Part shown: positions 48,601 to 58,029 of the stretch, piece by piece
How the letters are laid out: each line of letters starts with the position of its first letter
How positions within the stretch are numbered: position 1 is the first letter of the stretch
Assembly (NCBI GenBank): GCA_018647945.1
Contig: JABGSE010000024.1
Span: 18,016-82,015, forward strand
Source: Flavobacteriales bacterium
GTDB taxonomy: Bacteria; Bacteroidota; Bacteroidia; Flavobacteriales; BACL11
Length of the DNA stretch: 64,000 nt
Direction: 5' to 3'
The notes under the pieces: model-generated
The model's input: only the letters and a program-made list of their open reading frames with translations
Told to the model about the DNA's origin: nothing
Databases searched by the model: none
Program-made: the position numbers and the translations under genes

Positions 48601-49515
48601 ATGATAGAACTAAATGTACATAACGAAACATCACAATTAGAGATAGTGGTTTTAGGAATTCCAAATAATTTTGGAGGGGTTCCAAATGTAGAAAAATGTT
48701 ATGACCCAAAATCCAAACAACATATTTTGGATGGAACTTTTCCTATTCAGAAAGATGTCACTTCTGAAATGAATGAATTTTTGGATCTATTGGAAAAATA
48801 CAATGTTGAGGTTTTGAGACCAAATAACATCCCTAATCTGAATCAGGTTTTTGTAAGAGATATTTCTTTTACAATAGAAAATAAATTAATTATTCCTAAT
48901 ATTATTGAAGACAGAAAAGAGGAAGTTGAGGCTATTTCACATATCTTTAAAATGATACCAGAACAGAATATTATTAGAATGTCAGAAAATGCAAGGGCTG
49001 AAGGGGGAGATGTTATGCCTTGGAATGATTATATTTTTGTAGGATATTCTCAGGAAGAAGATTTCAACATTTATAAAGTTGCCAGAACAAATGTAGAGGG
49101 AGTTGATTTTTTGAAAGAGCAATTCCCAAATAAGATCGTAAGAGCTTTTGAATTGAATAAATCAGATATTGACCCTAAGGAAAATGCTTTACATTTAGAT
49201 TGTTGTTTTCAGCCAATTGGAACGGATTGTGCTATAATCTACAAAGGAGGTTTTAAGAATGAAGAAGATGTAGATTTTTTAGTAAATTTGTTCTTGGAAG
49301 AAAACATTATTTTCATCTCGAAAGAGGAAATGTATCATATGAATTCTAATGTTTTTTCCATTTCGGAAAAGGTAATAGTTTCAGAAAAAGGTTTTACAAG
49401 ATTAAATAATCAGTTAAGAAAAAGAGAGTTTATTGTAGAAGAAATACAATATTCAGAAATATCAAAAATGGAAGGACTTTTAAGATGTTCTACCCTGCCA
49501 CTAAAAAGAAAATGA
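48601..49515 (+). CDS. dimethylarginine dimethylaminohydrolase / amidinotransferase superfamily protein
   Basis: Guanidino-modifying-enzyme fold motifs: VFVRDISF, AEGGDV, NALHLDCCFQPIG and a C-terminal catalytic Cys context, GLLRCSTLPL. Confidence 0.7.
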   Translation: MIELNVHNETSQLEIVVLGIPNNFGGVPNVEKCYDPKSKQHILDGTFPIQKDVTSEMNEFLDLLEKYNVEVLRPNNIPNLNQVFVRDISFTIENKLIIPNIIEDRKEEVEAISHIFKMIPEQNIIRMSENARAEGGDVMPWNDYIFVGYSQEEDFNIYKVARTNVEGVDFLKEQFPNKIVRAFELNKSDIDPKENALHLDCCFQPIGTDCAIIYKGGFKNEEDVDFLVNLFLEENIIFISKEEMYHMNSNVFSISEKVIVSEKGFTRLNNQLRKREFIVEEIQYSEISKMEGLLRCSTLPLKRK

Positions 49516-50447
49516 AGCAAATAACAAATACTATATTAATGGTGGAGCCAGTTGCGTTCCGTTATAACGAGCAAACGGCAGTAAATAATTACTATCAGCA
49601 AATTTTAGATAATTTAACTCCAGAGCAAATTCAAGAAAAGGCTCTTTCCGAATTCACCAATTTTGTTAATATTTTAAGAGAAAAGGGAGTAGATGTTATT
49701 GTTATAAAAGATACTGTAAATCCTGATACTCCCGATTCTATTTTCCCAAATAACTGGGTTTCTTTTCACGAAAGTGGAAACATTGCTTTGTACCCAATGT
49801 GTGCAGAAAATAGGAGAGATGAAAGAAGAGAAGATATTTTTGATGTTTTGGTAGATGATTATAATTTTGATATAAATTATATGAAAGATTTTACCGAATT
49901 TGAAGACCATAATAAGTTTTTGGAAGGAACAGGAAGTATGGTTTTGGATAGAGAAAATAAGATTTGTTATGCTGCTATTTCTGTCCGTACGGACGAGCAA
50001 GCGGTTTTGCAATGGTGTGATGTTTTTGATTATACTCCGGTTTGTTTTACTGCAAATCAGGATGTAGATGGAGAGAGAATGGAAATTTATCACACAAATG
50101 TGATGATGTGTATTGCTGATAAGTACGCTATTGTTTGCTTAGATACTATTGATGACAGGGAAGAAAGAAAATGGATGAAAGGTTCTTTAGAAGGGAGTGG
50201 AAAAGAGATAATTGAAATAACAGAAGAACAAAAACACAGATTTGCAGGTAATATGTTGCAACTTATGGGAGATGAAAAATATTTGGTTATGTCCAAATCT
50301 GCTCATGATAGTTTAACCCAAGATCAAATAGATAGAATAGAAAAGTATAATCCGATTATATCTCGCTCTTTGGATACGATAGAGGCATGCGGTGGTGGTA
50401 GTGCCAGATGTATGATGTCGGAAATATTTTTACCAAAACAAAAATAA
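49512..50447 (+). CDS. ctlX: arginine deiminase-related / citrulline utilization hydrolase CtlX-like protein
   Basis: MKQITNTILMVEPVAFRYNEQTAVNNYYQ N-terminus, FPNNWVSFHE, LEGTGSMVLD and the C-terminal GGGSARCMMSEIF. The ORF-track start at 49485 was trimmed to the ATG at 49512, which gives an ATGA overlap with the upstream stop. Confidence 0.7.
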   Translation: MKQITNTILMVEPVAFRYNEQTAVNNYYQQILDNLTPEQIQEKALSEFTNFVNILREKGVDVIVIKDTVNPDTPDSIFPNNWVSFHESGNIALYPMCAENRRDERREDIFDVLVDDYNFDINYMKDFTEFEDHNKFLEGTGSMVLDRENKICYAAISVRTDEQAVLQWCDVFDYTPVCFTANQDVDGERMEIYHTNVMMCIADKYAIVCLDTIDDREERKWMKGSLEGSGKEIIEITEEQKHRFAGNMLQLMGDEKYLVMSKSAHDSLTQDQIDRIEKYNPIISRSLDTIEACGGGSARCMMSEIFLPKQK

Positions 50448-52216
50448 TGATAGAACAAATTTTACATACTGAAATAGAAAAATGTTTGTCGGAATTATAT
50501 TCTGCAGAACAACAAAGTATCCAATTTCAGAAAACCAGAAAAGAGTTTGATGGAGATATCACTTTGGTGGTTTTTCCTTTATTGAGAGCATCAAAAAAAG
50601 GACCAGAGCAAACGGCAGAACAAATTGGTAATTATCTAAAAGAAAAGGTGAGTCAAGTATCCGATTTTAATGTGGTAAAAGGATTCTTAAATTTAAGTAT
50701 TTCTTCTGATTTTTGGTTAAATCAGTTTATTGAAGCATATAAGATACAAAATTTTGGTTTTGTAGAAGTAGATGAAAACTCTCCTACTTATTTAGTAGAA
50801 TATTCTTCACCAAATACCAATAAACCAATTCACTTGGGACATTTGCGAAATAATTTTTTAGGATATTCTGTTGCTGAGATTATTAAGGCAAGTGGTAAGA
50901 ACGTAAAGAAAGTGCAGGTTATTAATGATAGAGGAATACATATTTGCAAATCAATGGTAGCTTGGCAAGATTTTGGAAATGGAGAAACACCTGAATCTTC
51001 TGGGATAAAGGGAGATCATTTGGTTGGGAAGTATTACGTAAAATTTGATAAGCAATACAAAAAAGAAATAGCAGAATTAGTCACTTCTGGAATGGAAGAG
51101 AAACAGGCAGAAAAAGAATCCCCTATTTTTGTTAAAGCACAAGAAATGCTACTGAAGTGGGAAGATAAAGATGCGAAAGTAAGATCTCTTTGGAAGAAAA
51201 TGAATGCTTGGGTATATTCTGGTTTTGATGTAACTTATAAGAGATTGGGAGTAGATTTTGATAAAAATTATTACGAAAGCGAAACTTATCTGCTTGGTAA
51301 AAAAGTAGTAGAAATAGGAATGGAAAAAGGGTTGTTCTACAAAAAGGAAGATGGATCAGTTTGGATTGATCTTTCGGAGGAGGGATTAGACGAGAAAATT
51401 ATTTTGCGTTCGGATGGAACAGCAGTTTACATGACTCAAGACATTGGTACCGCTATACAACGACATGAAGATTTCGGATTTTCGAATATGGCTTATACCG
51501 TAGGGAACGAGCAAGATTATCACTTTAAAGTTTTGTTTTTAATACTTGATAAACTGGGGTACGATTGGGCGAAAAATTGTTATCATCTTTCGTATGGTAT
51601 GGTAGATTTACCTACTGGAAAAATGAAATCTAGAGAGGGGACAGTGGTAGATGCGGATGATTTGATGCAGGAAATGGTAGATACTTCAAAATCGATTGCT
51701 AAGGACTTAGGAAAGTTAGAGGGTATGTCGGGAAAAGAGGCGGATGAGTTGTACGAAATAGTTGGTTTGGGAGCTCTTAAATACTTTATGCTAAAAGTAG
51801 ATCCTAAAAAAAGAATGATGTTTAATCCAGAAGAGTCAATTGATTTTAATGGAAACACTGGTCCTTTTATACAATATACTTTTGCTAGAATTCAGTCGCT
51901 TATTACAAAGTATAACTCTGAGATATCAGATATTAAGTTGGTGGATATAAATAAGGAAGAACAAACTTTGATAAAACAAATTTTAGATTTTCCGAATATA
52001 ATTCAGGAGGCAGCTACAAATTATAGTCCTGCCGTTATTTCAAATTATACTTATGAATTGGTAAAGGAATACAATTCTTTTTACCAGAATACTCCGGTAT
52101 TAAATGCAGAAAATGAAGATGTGAAAATGTTCAGAGTTGCTCTTTCTGAAACGGTTTCTACAGTTGTGAAAAATGCAATGAAACTTTTAGGGGTGGAAGT
52201 TCCAAACCAGATGTAG
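50447..52216 (+). CDS. argS: arginine--tRNA ligase
   Basis: Class I motifs PNTNKPIHLGHLRN (HIGH) and GKMKSREG (KMSKS-like). C-terminal anticodon-binding domain ending VPNQM. Trimmed to the ATG at 50447, which shares 1 nt with the ctlX stop. Confidence 0.95.
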   Translation: MIEQILHTEIEKCLSELYSAEQQSIQFQKTRKEFDGDITLVVFPLLRASKKGPEQTAEQIGNYLKEKVSQVSDFNVVKGFLNLSISSDFWLNQFIEAYKIQNFGFVEVDENSPTYLVEYSSPNTNKPIHLGHLRNNFLGYSVAEIIKASGKNVKKVQVINDRGIHICKSMVAWQDFGNGETPESSGIKGDHLVGKYYVKFDKQYKKEIAELVTSGMEEKQAEKESPIFVKAQEMLLKWEDKDAKVRSLWKKMNAWVYSGFDVTYKRLGVDFDKNYYESETYLLGKKVVEIGMEKGLFYKKEDGSVWIDLSEEGLDEKIILRSDGTAVYMTQDIGTAIQRHEDFGFSNMAYTVGNEQDYHFKVLFLILDKLGYDWAKNCYHLSYGMVDLPTGKMKSREGTVVDADDLMQEMVDTSKSIAKDLGKLEGMSGKEADELYEIVGLGALKYFMLKVDPKKRMMFNPEESIDFNGNTGPFIQYTFARIQSLITKYNSEISDIKLVDINKEEQTLIKQILDFPNIIQEAATNYSPAVISNYTYELVKEYNSFYQNTPVLNAENEDVKMFRVALSETVSTVVKNAMKLLGVEVPNQM

Positions 52217-53383
52217 TTAAGAATTTCTTCTCCTCTTTTTTTCCTCAATAATATTAGTAAGTTCTCTCCCCATTTGCCCTGCAATAGAAGTGTTTTCTTC
52301 CGCTCTCCTAATAAGGTAAGGAAGAACATCTTTTACTGGTCCGTAGGGTACATATTTAGCTACATTAAATCCTGAGTTTGCAATATTGTAACTAATATGA
52401 TCACTCATTCCTAATAGTTGAGAAAAAAAGATTCTTTTATCTCCTTTTTGTATATTGTGTTGCTGCATTAAATCCATTAATAGAGAGGAACTTTCCTCAT
52501 TGTGTGTTCCTGCACAAACAGATATTCTATCAATATTTTCCATGCAAATTCTAAGCGCTTTGTTGTAATCTGTATCCGTATTTTCTTTTATAGTATGAAC
52601 AGGACAAGGGTAGTTTTTCTGTTTTGCTCTTTCAATTTCTTGTTCATGATAGGCTCCTCTAACAAGTTTTAATCCCACAAAATATTTGTTATCTTTTATA
52701 TCTGAAACTAACTCGTTTAAGTAAGTAATCCTATCGTTTCTATACATTTGTAGGGTGTTGTAAATACAAGCTTCTTCTTTATTGTATTTTCTCATCATTT
52801 CCATTGTTATATTGTCAATGGCATTTTGTATCCAACTTTCTTCTGCATCAATAAAAATAGGGACCTTGTTTTCTGCTGCTGTTCTACAAATAGTTTCTAT
52901 TCTGGATAAAAATAATCCTTTTTCTACTTCTTCCTTTTTTGTTAAAACAGAATTGTAACTCATTTTTTCTAATAAGGAGAAGCTACATAAACCAGTAAAC
53001 TTGAAAACAGAAAAGGGAATACTTTTCTCGTTTTTAGATTTTAAAATAGTTCGGATGGTTTCTTCCATTACATGGTTAAAATCTTCTTCCGATTTTTTTC
53101 CTTCTGCAGAATAATCTAAAATAGTTCCGATATGAGATTCCCAAAGTTTAGCCATTACTTTTTGGCTATTTTTTATTGTTGTTCCTCCACAAAAATGTTT
53201 GAAAACAGTAGCTTTAATAATAGGAGTGATGGGAAGTTTTAACCACAAACAAATCTTCACTATTGAAGTAAGTATTTTGGAGAGAAAAGGACTACTAATG
53301 GTTTTAAATAGGAGGTGAGCTCTATTAAGGTCCGCATTACTTTTGTCAGAAAAGGCTACCTCTAAATTGTTAAAATGTGTCAT
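52217..53383 (-). CDS. proline dehydrogenase family protein (stand-alone PRODH)
   Basis: 388 aa. IFIDAEESWIQ, LKLVRGAY, FSQLLGMSD and YVPYGPVKDVLPYLIRRAEEN motifs. Confidence 0.85.
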   Translation of the reverse strand: MTHFNNLEVAFSDKSNADLNRAHLLFKTISSPFLSKILTSIVKICLWLKLPITPIIKATVFKHFCGGTTIKNSQKVMAKLWESHIGTILDYSAEGKKSEEDFNHVMEETIRTILKSKNEKSIPFSVFKFTGLCSFSLLEKMSYNSVLTKKEEVEKGLFLSRIETICRTAAENKVPIFIDAEESWIQNAIDNITMEMMRKYNKEEACIYNTLQMYRNDRITYLNELVSDIKDNKYFVGLKLVRGAYHEQEIERAKQKNYPCPVHTIKENTDTDYNKALRICMENIDRISVCAGTHNEESSSLLMDLMQQHNIQKGDKRIFFSQLLGMSDHISYNIANSGFNVAKYVPYGPVKDVLPYLIRRAEENTSIAGQMGRELTNIIEEKKRRRNS

Positions 53384-53420
53384 TTATTAATTCTGATTTT
53401 GTTTGTTGCAAATGTATAAA

Positions 53421-54062
53421 TTATTCAGAAATTTTTCTGCAAATCATCAATCCATCTCTTACAGGAAGTAATACATTTTCTACTCTTTTATCCTCATTAA
53501 TTAAGGTACTGTAATCGACTAATGCTTTGGTTTCTTCATCCATTTCATCTTCTACTACCTTTCCACTCCACAATACATTATCTGCAATTATATATCCTCC
53601 AACCTCTAGTTTATCGAAAACCAAGTTGTAATAATTACTGTAGTTTTCTTTATCGGCATCAATAAAAACCAATTGTATTTTCTCTTTTATTTCAGGAAGT
53701 ATATCTATAGCTATTCCTATGTGTTGTTTTATCTTGTTTTTATAAGTTGACTTTTGGAAGTATTTATCTGCAAATGCAATATATTCTTCATTTATATCAA
53801 TGGTGTGTAGTGTTCCGTTTTCTGATAATCCTTCCGCTAAGCAAAGTGCAGAGTAACCAGTATAAGTTCCTATCTCTACTATAGTTGTAGGCTGTATCAT
53901 TTTAGATAACATACTCAATATCCTTCCTTGCATATGTCCGGATAGCATTCGTGGTGTCATTACTTTTGCCCAAGTTTCTCTGTTTAATTCAGATAAAATT
54001 TCACTTTCATTTTGTGTGAATTTAGCAGCGTAATTTTCTATTTTCTTTGGTAAAAATTCCAT
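53421..54062 (-). CDS. class I SAM-dependent O-methyltransferase (caffeoyl-CoA OMT-like)
   Basis: VEIGTYTGYSALCLAEG, VFIDADKENY and IIADNVLWSG. The ORF-track GTG start at 54086 lies inside a terminator stem, so I trimmed to the ATG at 54062 (MEFLPKKIENY). Confidence 0.8.
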   Translation of the reverse strand: MEFLPKKIENYAAKFTQNESEILSELNRETWAKVMTPRMLSGHMQGRILSMLSKMIQPTTIVEIGTYTGYSALCLAEGLSENGTLHTIDINEEYIAFADKYFQKSTYKNKIKQHIGIAIDILPEIKEKIQLVFIDADKENYSNYYNLVFDKLEVGGYIIADNVLWSGKVVEDEMDEETKALVDYSTLINEDKRVENVLLPVRDGLMICRKISE

Positions 54063-54074
54063 ATTTTTTTGTGT

Positions 54075-54099
54075 AAAAAAAGCCACATTTCTGTGGCTT
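54075..54099 (-). terminator. rho-independent terminator downstream of the Cys-rich protein gene
   Basis: The minus strand reads AAGCCACA-GAAA-TGTGGCTT followed by TTTTT. This is a perfect 8-bp stem with a 4-nt loop and a T-run, 27 nt after the stop at 54126. Confidence 0.7.
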
Positions 54100-54125
54100 G
54101 ATTATTTTAAATAAGTGATAGTTTT

Positions 54126-54569
54126 TTATTTTCCTTTACTACAGCAAGATTTTTTTTGTTCACTTTTCGAACAAGATTTCTTTTCAGTAGACTTAGAACA
54201 TTTTGTACTCTTTTTTGAGCAAGAAGATTTTTCCTTCTTTTCCGAGCAACATGATTTCTTTTCTGAAGATTTAGAACAACTTTTTTTCTCAGATTTTGAA
54301 CAAGAAGTTTTTTCTTTCTTGCTACAAGATTTCTTTTCAGAAGATTTTGAACAACTTCTCTTTTCTGATTTAGAACAAGATTTCTTCTTTTTTCCATTAC
54401 AACAAGTCCCGTCTTTCTTGTTCTCACAAGTTTCACTACATACTTTTCCTGTTTCTGCACATATTTTTTCAGTTATCTTAGTGTCTGTTTGACTGTCTGT
54501 TGTTTGAGCGTTAACATTAGTAATTCCAATAAAAAGGAAGGCTACTAATATGATTGATAATTTTTTCAT
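54126..54569 (-). CDS. secreted Cys/Lys/Ser-rich low-complexity repeat protein, unknown function
   Basis: Sec signal peptide MKKLSIILVAFLFIGITNVNA-QT. By my count the ~125-aa mature part has 17 Cys and 37 Lys, and no aromatic or His residues. It is built from KKSCSKSE-like octapeptide units with three CC pairs. Of the three open frames here, only this one has a signal peptide. Confidence 0.6.
   Translation of the reverse strand: MKKLSIILVAFLFIGITNVNAQTTDSQTDTKITEKICAETGKVCSETCENKKDGTCCNGKKKKSCSKSEKRSCSKSSEKKSCSKKEKTSCSKSEKKSCSKSSEKKSCCSEKKEKSSCSKKSTKCSKSTEKKSCSKSEQKKSCCSKGK
54129..54392 (-). repeat. imperfect ~24-nt coding tandem repeats (purine-rich on the coding strand)
   Basis: The plus strand shows recurring (a/t)ga(a/t)tt(t/a)gaacaa(g/c)(a/t)... 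units. They translate on the minus strand as SCSKSEKK / SCSKSSEKK / SCSKKEKT variants. Confidence 0.6.
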
Positions 54570-54608
54570 TTTTATTTATTTAAATTAGTTTACAAATATA
54601 CAAAATAT

Positions 54609-55244
54609 TTAATAAGTGGCAATTATACTTTGTCCTGCGGTTACCTTTTGGTTTAACTCTACATTAATTTTTGTGCCAATTGGCAAAAATAAATCTATTC
54701 TCGATCCGAATTTAATAAAGCCAAATTCATTAGCTGAAATAGCTGTTTCCCCTACTTTAGAATAAGTGATAATTCTCCTTGCAACTGCACCAGCAATCTG
54801 CCTGAAAAGAATTGAAATTTTATCGTTTTCTACCACTACGGTACTTCTTTCATTATCGGTAGAGGATTTTGGGTGCCAAGCAACCAAGAATTTCCCAGGA
54901 TGGTATTTGGTATATTTTACTTCTCCAGAAATAGGGTATAACTGATTATGTACATTTAATGGTGACATAAAAATACTAATTTGTATTTTTTTGTCTTTGT
55001 AAAATTCTATTTCCTGTGTTTCTTCAATTACTACTACTTTCCCATCACAAGGTGAGTAAATCACACCATCTTTTCTGTCGAATTTTCTTTTTGGAATTCG
55101 AAAAAAGTATAATGTAAGTATAAACAGGATTATTTGAACTGATAAGATTGTGTTGAATATCCAACCACCCTTCATTAATATAGTAAAAAAAATAAATAAA
55201 GTTTGATTTCTTAGGATTTTCACCCCTTCTTTGTGTAGTGTCAT
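54609..55244 (-). CDS. psd: phosphatidylserine decarboxylase proenzyme (short Bacteroidota type)
   Basis: N-terminal TM, SPCDGKV, and the self-cleavage region FIKFGSRIDLFLP. Confidence 0.85.
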   Translation of the reverse strand: MTLHKEGVKILRNQTLFIFFTILMKGGWIFNTILSVQIILFILTLYFFRIPKRKFDRKDGVIYSPCDGKVVVIEETQEIEFYKDKKIQISIFMSPLNVHNQLYPISGEVKYTKYHPGKFLVAWHPKSSTDNERSTVVVENDKISILFRQIAGAVARRIITYSKVGETAISANEFGFIKFGSRIDLFLPIGTKINVELNQKVTAGQSIIATY

Positions 55245-55859
55245 TTATAATAAATTAGTTAATAAGTATAATACAGGAATAGTAATCATAAAGGCGTCCA
55301 TTCTGTCGAGCATTCCTCCATGTCCGGGTATAAAATTTCCAGAATCTTTTACTCCTGCTTGTCTTTTAAAATGAGATTCTATAAAATCTCCTAAAGTAGC
55401 GGTAAAAGGTATGAAAAAGGCTGTTGAATAAAAGTTAAGGTAACTACCGTTTTGTGGTAAAAAACCTATTTTAATTAATACAGATGTTGCAATTAGTGTA
55501 AATAAGAGTCCACCTGCAAATCCTTCCCACGATTTTTTAGGAGAGATAGAAGGCATTATTTTATGTTTTCCAAACTTCACTCCAAAAAGGTAAGCGAAAG
55601 TATCAAAAGTCCAAGTAAGGATAAATATAAATAAAATTATTTTTTGGGTGTATAAATGAACCAATAAAAGAGGAGCTAAAACATAAATAAATGCAAGTAT
55701 TTTAGTTTTTCCTTTTCGTAGTTTCCACATTTCGTAAAGGCATACCACAAGAATTACTGAGAATAAAATATGAAAGCTGAGTTCAGAATAAGAAGTTCCC
55801 ATCCACATAATAGAAACATATACCGCACCAGAAAGAGCTCTTTTAAGAGTTTCGTTCAT
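55245..55859 (-). CDS. cdsA: phosphatidate cytidylyltransferase (compact form)
   Basis: SPKKSWEGFAGG and the signature GDFIESHFKRQAGVKDSGNFIPGHGGMLDRMD. Confidence 0.8.
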   Translation of the reverse strand: MNETLKRALSGAVYVSIMWMGTSYSELSFHILFSVILVVCLYEMWKLRKGKTKILAFIYVLAPLLLVHLYTQKIILFIFILTWTFDTFAYLFGVKFGKHKIMPSISPKKSWEGFAGGLLFTLIATSVLIKIGFLPQNGSYLNFYSTAFFIPFTATLGDFIESHFKRQAGVKDSGNFIPGHGGMLDRMDAFMITIPVLYLLTNLL

Positions 55860-56058
55860 GGTATAAATTTATTATTTCCTTACTTTCTTCCACATCAGTA
55901 TCTTTTACATACAATTCAATATTCCCAAAAATAGTATAAGAAGAATCTTTTTTATTGATCGATACTGCAGGAATTTCTTTTTCTTCCAGAAGAGTTACCA
56001 ATAAATCTACTAAATTAGGATTAGTAGAAAAAAATATTTTAGTCCAGTTTTTCTCCAC
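55843..56058 (-). CDS. DUF2007-like small protein
   Basis: 71 aa with a W..IF......A.IL..LLEE..IPAV pattern. It sits between ftsH and cdsA and overlaps both. Confidence 0.5.
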   Translation of the reverse strand: MEKNWTKIFFSTNPNLVDLLVTLLEEKEIPAVSINKKDSSYTIFGNIELYVKDTDVEESKEIINLYHERNS

Positions 56059-58024
56059 TCTTTGTTTCTGTATTGTCGTTCTTTCCTTGTTTTTTTGTTT
56101 CTTTTTTCTTCTTTTTCTTTTTTGTTTCCAAATCTATTTCGTTTAGTTTTTCCTCTTCATAACTTTTCCATTGTCTTTCTCCAAATATACTTTCTAGGTC
56201 TGATTTGAAAATAACTTCATTTTTTAAAAGAGAAGTCGCTAATTCTTCAGCTTTTTCTTTATTTTCTGAAAGAACTTTTTTTGCTCTTTGGTACTGATTT
56301 TCAATTAGCTTTGTGACTTCTTCATCTATTTTTTTTGCTCTTTCTTCTGAGTAAGGTTTTGTAAACCCATTATTTTGCCCGGAAGAATCGTAATAACTTA
56401 TATTCCCAATTTTATTGCTCATTCCGTAAATAGAAATCATGGCATAAGCTTGTTTGGTTACTTTTTCCAAATCAGAGAGTGCTCCAGTTGAAATCTTTCC
56501 AAAGAAAATTTCTTCAGCTGCTCTACCTCCTAATGCTGCACACATTTCATCTTCTAATTGCTGAGTGGTAGTAAGTTGTCTTTCTTCTGGTAAATACCAT
56601 GCAGCTCCTAACGATTTTCCTCTTGGTACAATAGTTACTTTTACAAGTGGAGATGCATATTGCAACATCCAGCTTACGGTTGCATGTCCTGCTTCATGAA
56701 AAGCAATTGTTTTCTTTTCAATAGGGGAGATGATTTTAGATTTTTTCTCCATACCCCCAATAATTCTATCCATAGCATCTAGAAAATCTTGTTTTCCGAT
56801 ACTCTTTTTTGATTTTCTGGCTGCAATAAGTGCAGATTCATTACATACATTTGCAATATCGGCTCCTGAAAAACCTGGAGTCTGACGAGCAAGAAAATTT
56901 CTATCAATATTTTTACTTAAAGTAAGAGGTTCTAAATGAACTTCAAAAATCTCCTTTCTCTCTAATAAATCAGGTAAATCAACATAAATTTGTCTGTCAA
57001 ATCTCCCAGGTCTAATAAGTGCTTTGTCCAAAACATCTGCCCTGTTTGTAGCTGCCATTACAATTACTCCTGTATTGGTTCCAAAACCATCCATTTCTGT
57101 TAGAAGTTGATTCAGGGTGTTTTCTCTTTCATCATTACCACCTGACATTGTGTTGTTTCCCCTAGATCTACCAATTGCATCAATTTCATCAATAAAGATA
57201 ATAGAAGGAGCTTTTTCTTTTGCTTGTTTAAATAAATCCCGAACTCTAGAAGCTCCAACTCCAACAAACATTTCTACAAAGTCAGAACCAGATAAAGAGA
57301 AGAAAGGAACTTGAGCTTCTCCTGCAACGGCTTTTGCCAATAATGTTTTTCCTGTTCCCGGAGGGCCTATTAGCATTGCTCCTCTAGGTATTTTTCCGCC
57401 TAATTTAGTGTATTTTTCAGGAGATTTTAGGAAGTCCACAATTTCAGTTACTTCTTCTTTTGCTCCTTCAAGTCCAGCTACATCATCAAAGGTAACAGAT
57501 ATATCTTCTTTATTTATCAGAGTAGCTTTTGATTTTCCGATATTAAAAATCTGTCCACCACCACCTCCAGCTCCTCCACTCATTTTCCTCATGATAAAGT
57601 ACCAAATACCAATAAAGAAAACCAATGGTAATATCCATCCAAGAATTTCTCCAAATAAATTATTTTCCTCTTTACTGTCAATAATTATTTCATGATTATC
57701 AGTGTTTCTTAATCTGATTTGTTCTTTTACATCTTTTATGTCGGAATATCTGAAACTTAAAAGTTTAGAGTTGTTTGAACTGTTGAGTAGTTCAACCTCT
57801 GCATATCCAGAATTTGTTACAAATGTTACCGATTTCACTTCATTGTTTTCCACTTTGTTGAGGAATTCAGTTTCAGAAATACTTTCTGTTGGTTGCATGG
57901 ATGTAAACTGTAGTCCTAAAAATATTAAAGCAATAATTCCGTAAATCCAATAAATTTTAAATCCTCTCCCTAAAGGAGAGTTATTTTGTGGACTTTTTTT
58001 AGTTGGTATTTTTTTCTTTTGCAT
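56039..58024 (-). CDS. ftsH: ATP-dependent zinc metalloprotease FtsH
   Basis: Walker A GPPGTGKT, Walker [13 protein letters not shown] region, and the Zn site HEAGHA. Lys-rich C-terminal tail. Confidence 0.95.
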   Translation of the reverse strand: MQKKKIPTKKSPQNNSPLGRGFKIYWIYGIIALIFLGLQFTSMQPTESISETEFLNKVENNEVKSVTFVTNSGYAEVELLNSSNNSKLLSFRYSDIKDVKEQIRLRNTDNHEIIIDSKEENNLFGEILGWILPLVFFIGIWYFIMRKMSGGAGGGGGQIFNIGKSKATLINKEDISVTFDDVAGLEGAKEEVTEIVDFLKSPEKYTKLGGKIPRGAMLIGPPGTGKTLLAKAVAGEAQVPFFSLSGSDFVEMFVGVGASRVRDLFKQAKEKAPSIIFIDEIDAIGRSRGNNTMSGGNDERENTLNQLLTEMDGFGTNTGVIVMAATNRADVLDKALIRPGRFDRQIYVDLPDLLERKEIFEVHLEPLTLSKNIDRNFLARQTPGFSGADIANVCNESALIAARKSKKSIGKQDFLDAMDRIIGGMEKKSKIISPIEKKTIAFHEAGHATVSWMLQYASPLVKVTIVPRGKSLGAAWYLPEERQLTTTQQLEDEMCAALGGRAAEEIFFGKISTGALSDLEKVTKQAYAMISIYGMSNKIGNISYYDSSGQNNGFTKPYSEERAKKIDEEVTKLIENQYQRAKKVLSENKEKAEELATSLLKNEVIFKSDLESIFGERQWKSYEEEKLNEIDLETKKKKKKKETKKQGKNDNTETKSGEKLD

Positions 58025-58029
58025 TTATT

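Noticed and set aside
49674-50296. 139-aa and 68-aa minus-strand ORFs antisense to the CtlX-like gene
   Set aside because: They have no recognisable motifs and an Ile/Asn/Phe/Ser-rich composition, and they are entirely shadowed by a conserved enzyme gene. The same reasoning applies to 14310..14717, 17593..17943, 47642..47998, 57117..57944, 8202..9494, 26731..27021 and the other short shadow ORFs in the track.
50408-50446. N-terminal extensions in the ORF track for argS (50408), the ctlX-like gene (49485), NUDIX (60159), O-methyltransferase (54086), methyltransferase (26441), DUF1573 (30365) and bshC (35732)
   Set aside because: The extensions begin at non-ATG codons or overlap the upstream gene. 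In each case a downstream ATG gives an N-terminus matching the family's usual start and a compact ATGA- or TAATG-type junction.
54107-54492. Two additional long ORFs (54107..54460 minus, 54115..54492 plus) overlapping the Cys-rich gene
   Set aside because: They exist only because the purine-rich simple repeat lacks stop codons in several frames. Neither has a signal peptide or a sensible start context. Their products are repetitive Lys/Arg/Asn/Val or Phe/Glu/Asp/Gln/Leu strings. The frame with a canonical signal peptide and a downstream terminator is preferred.
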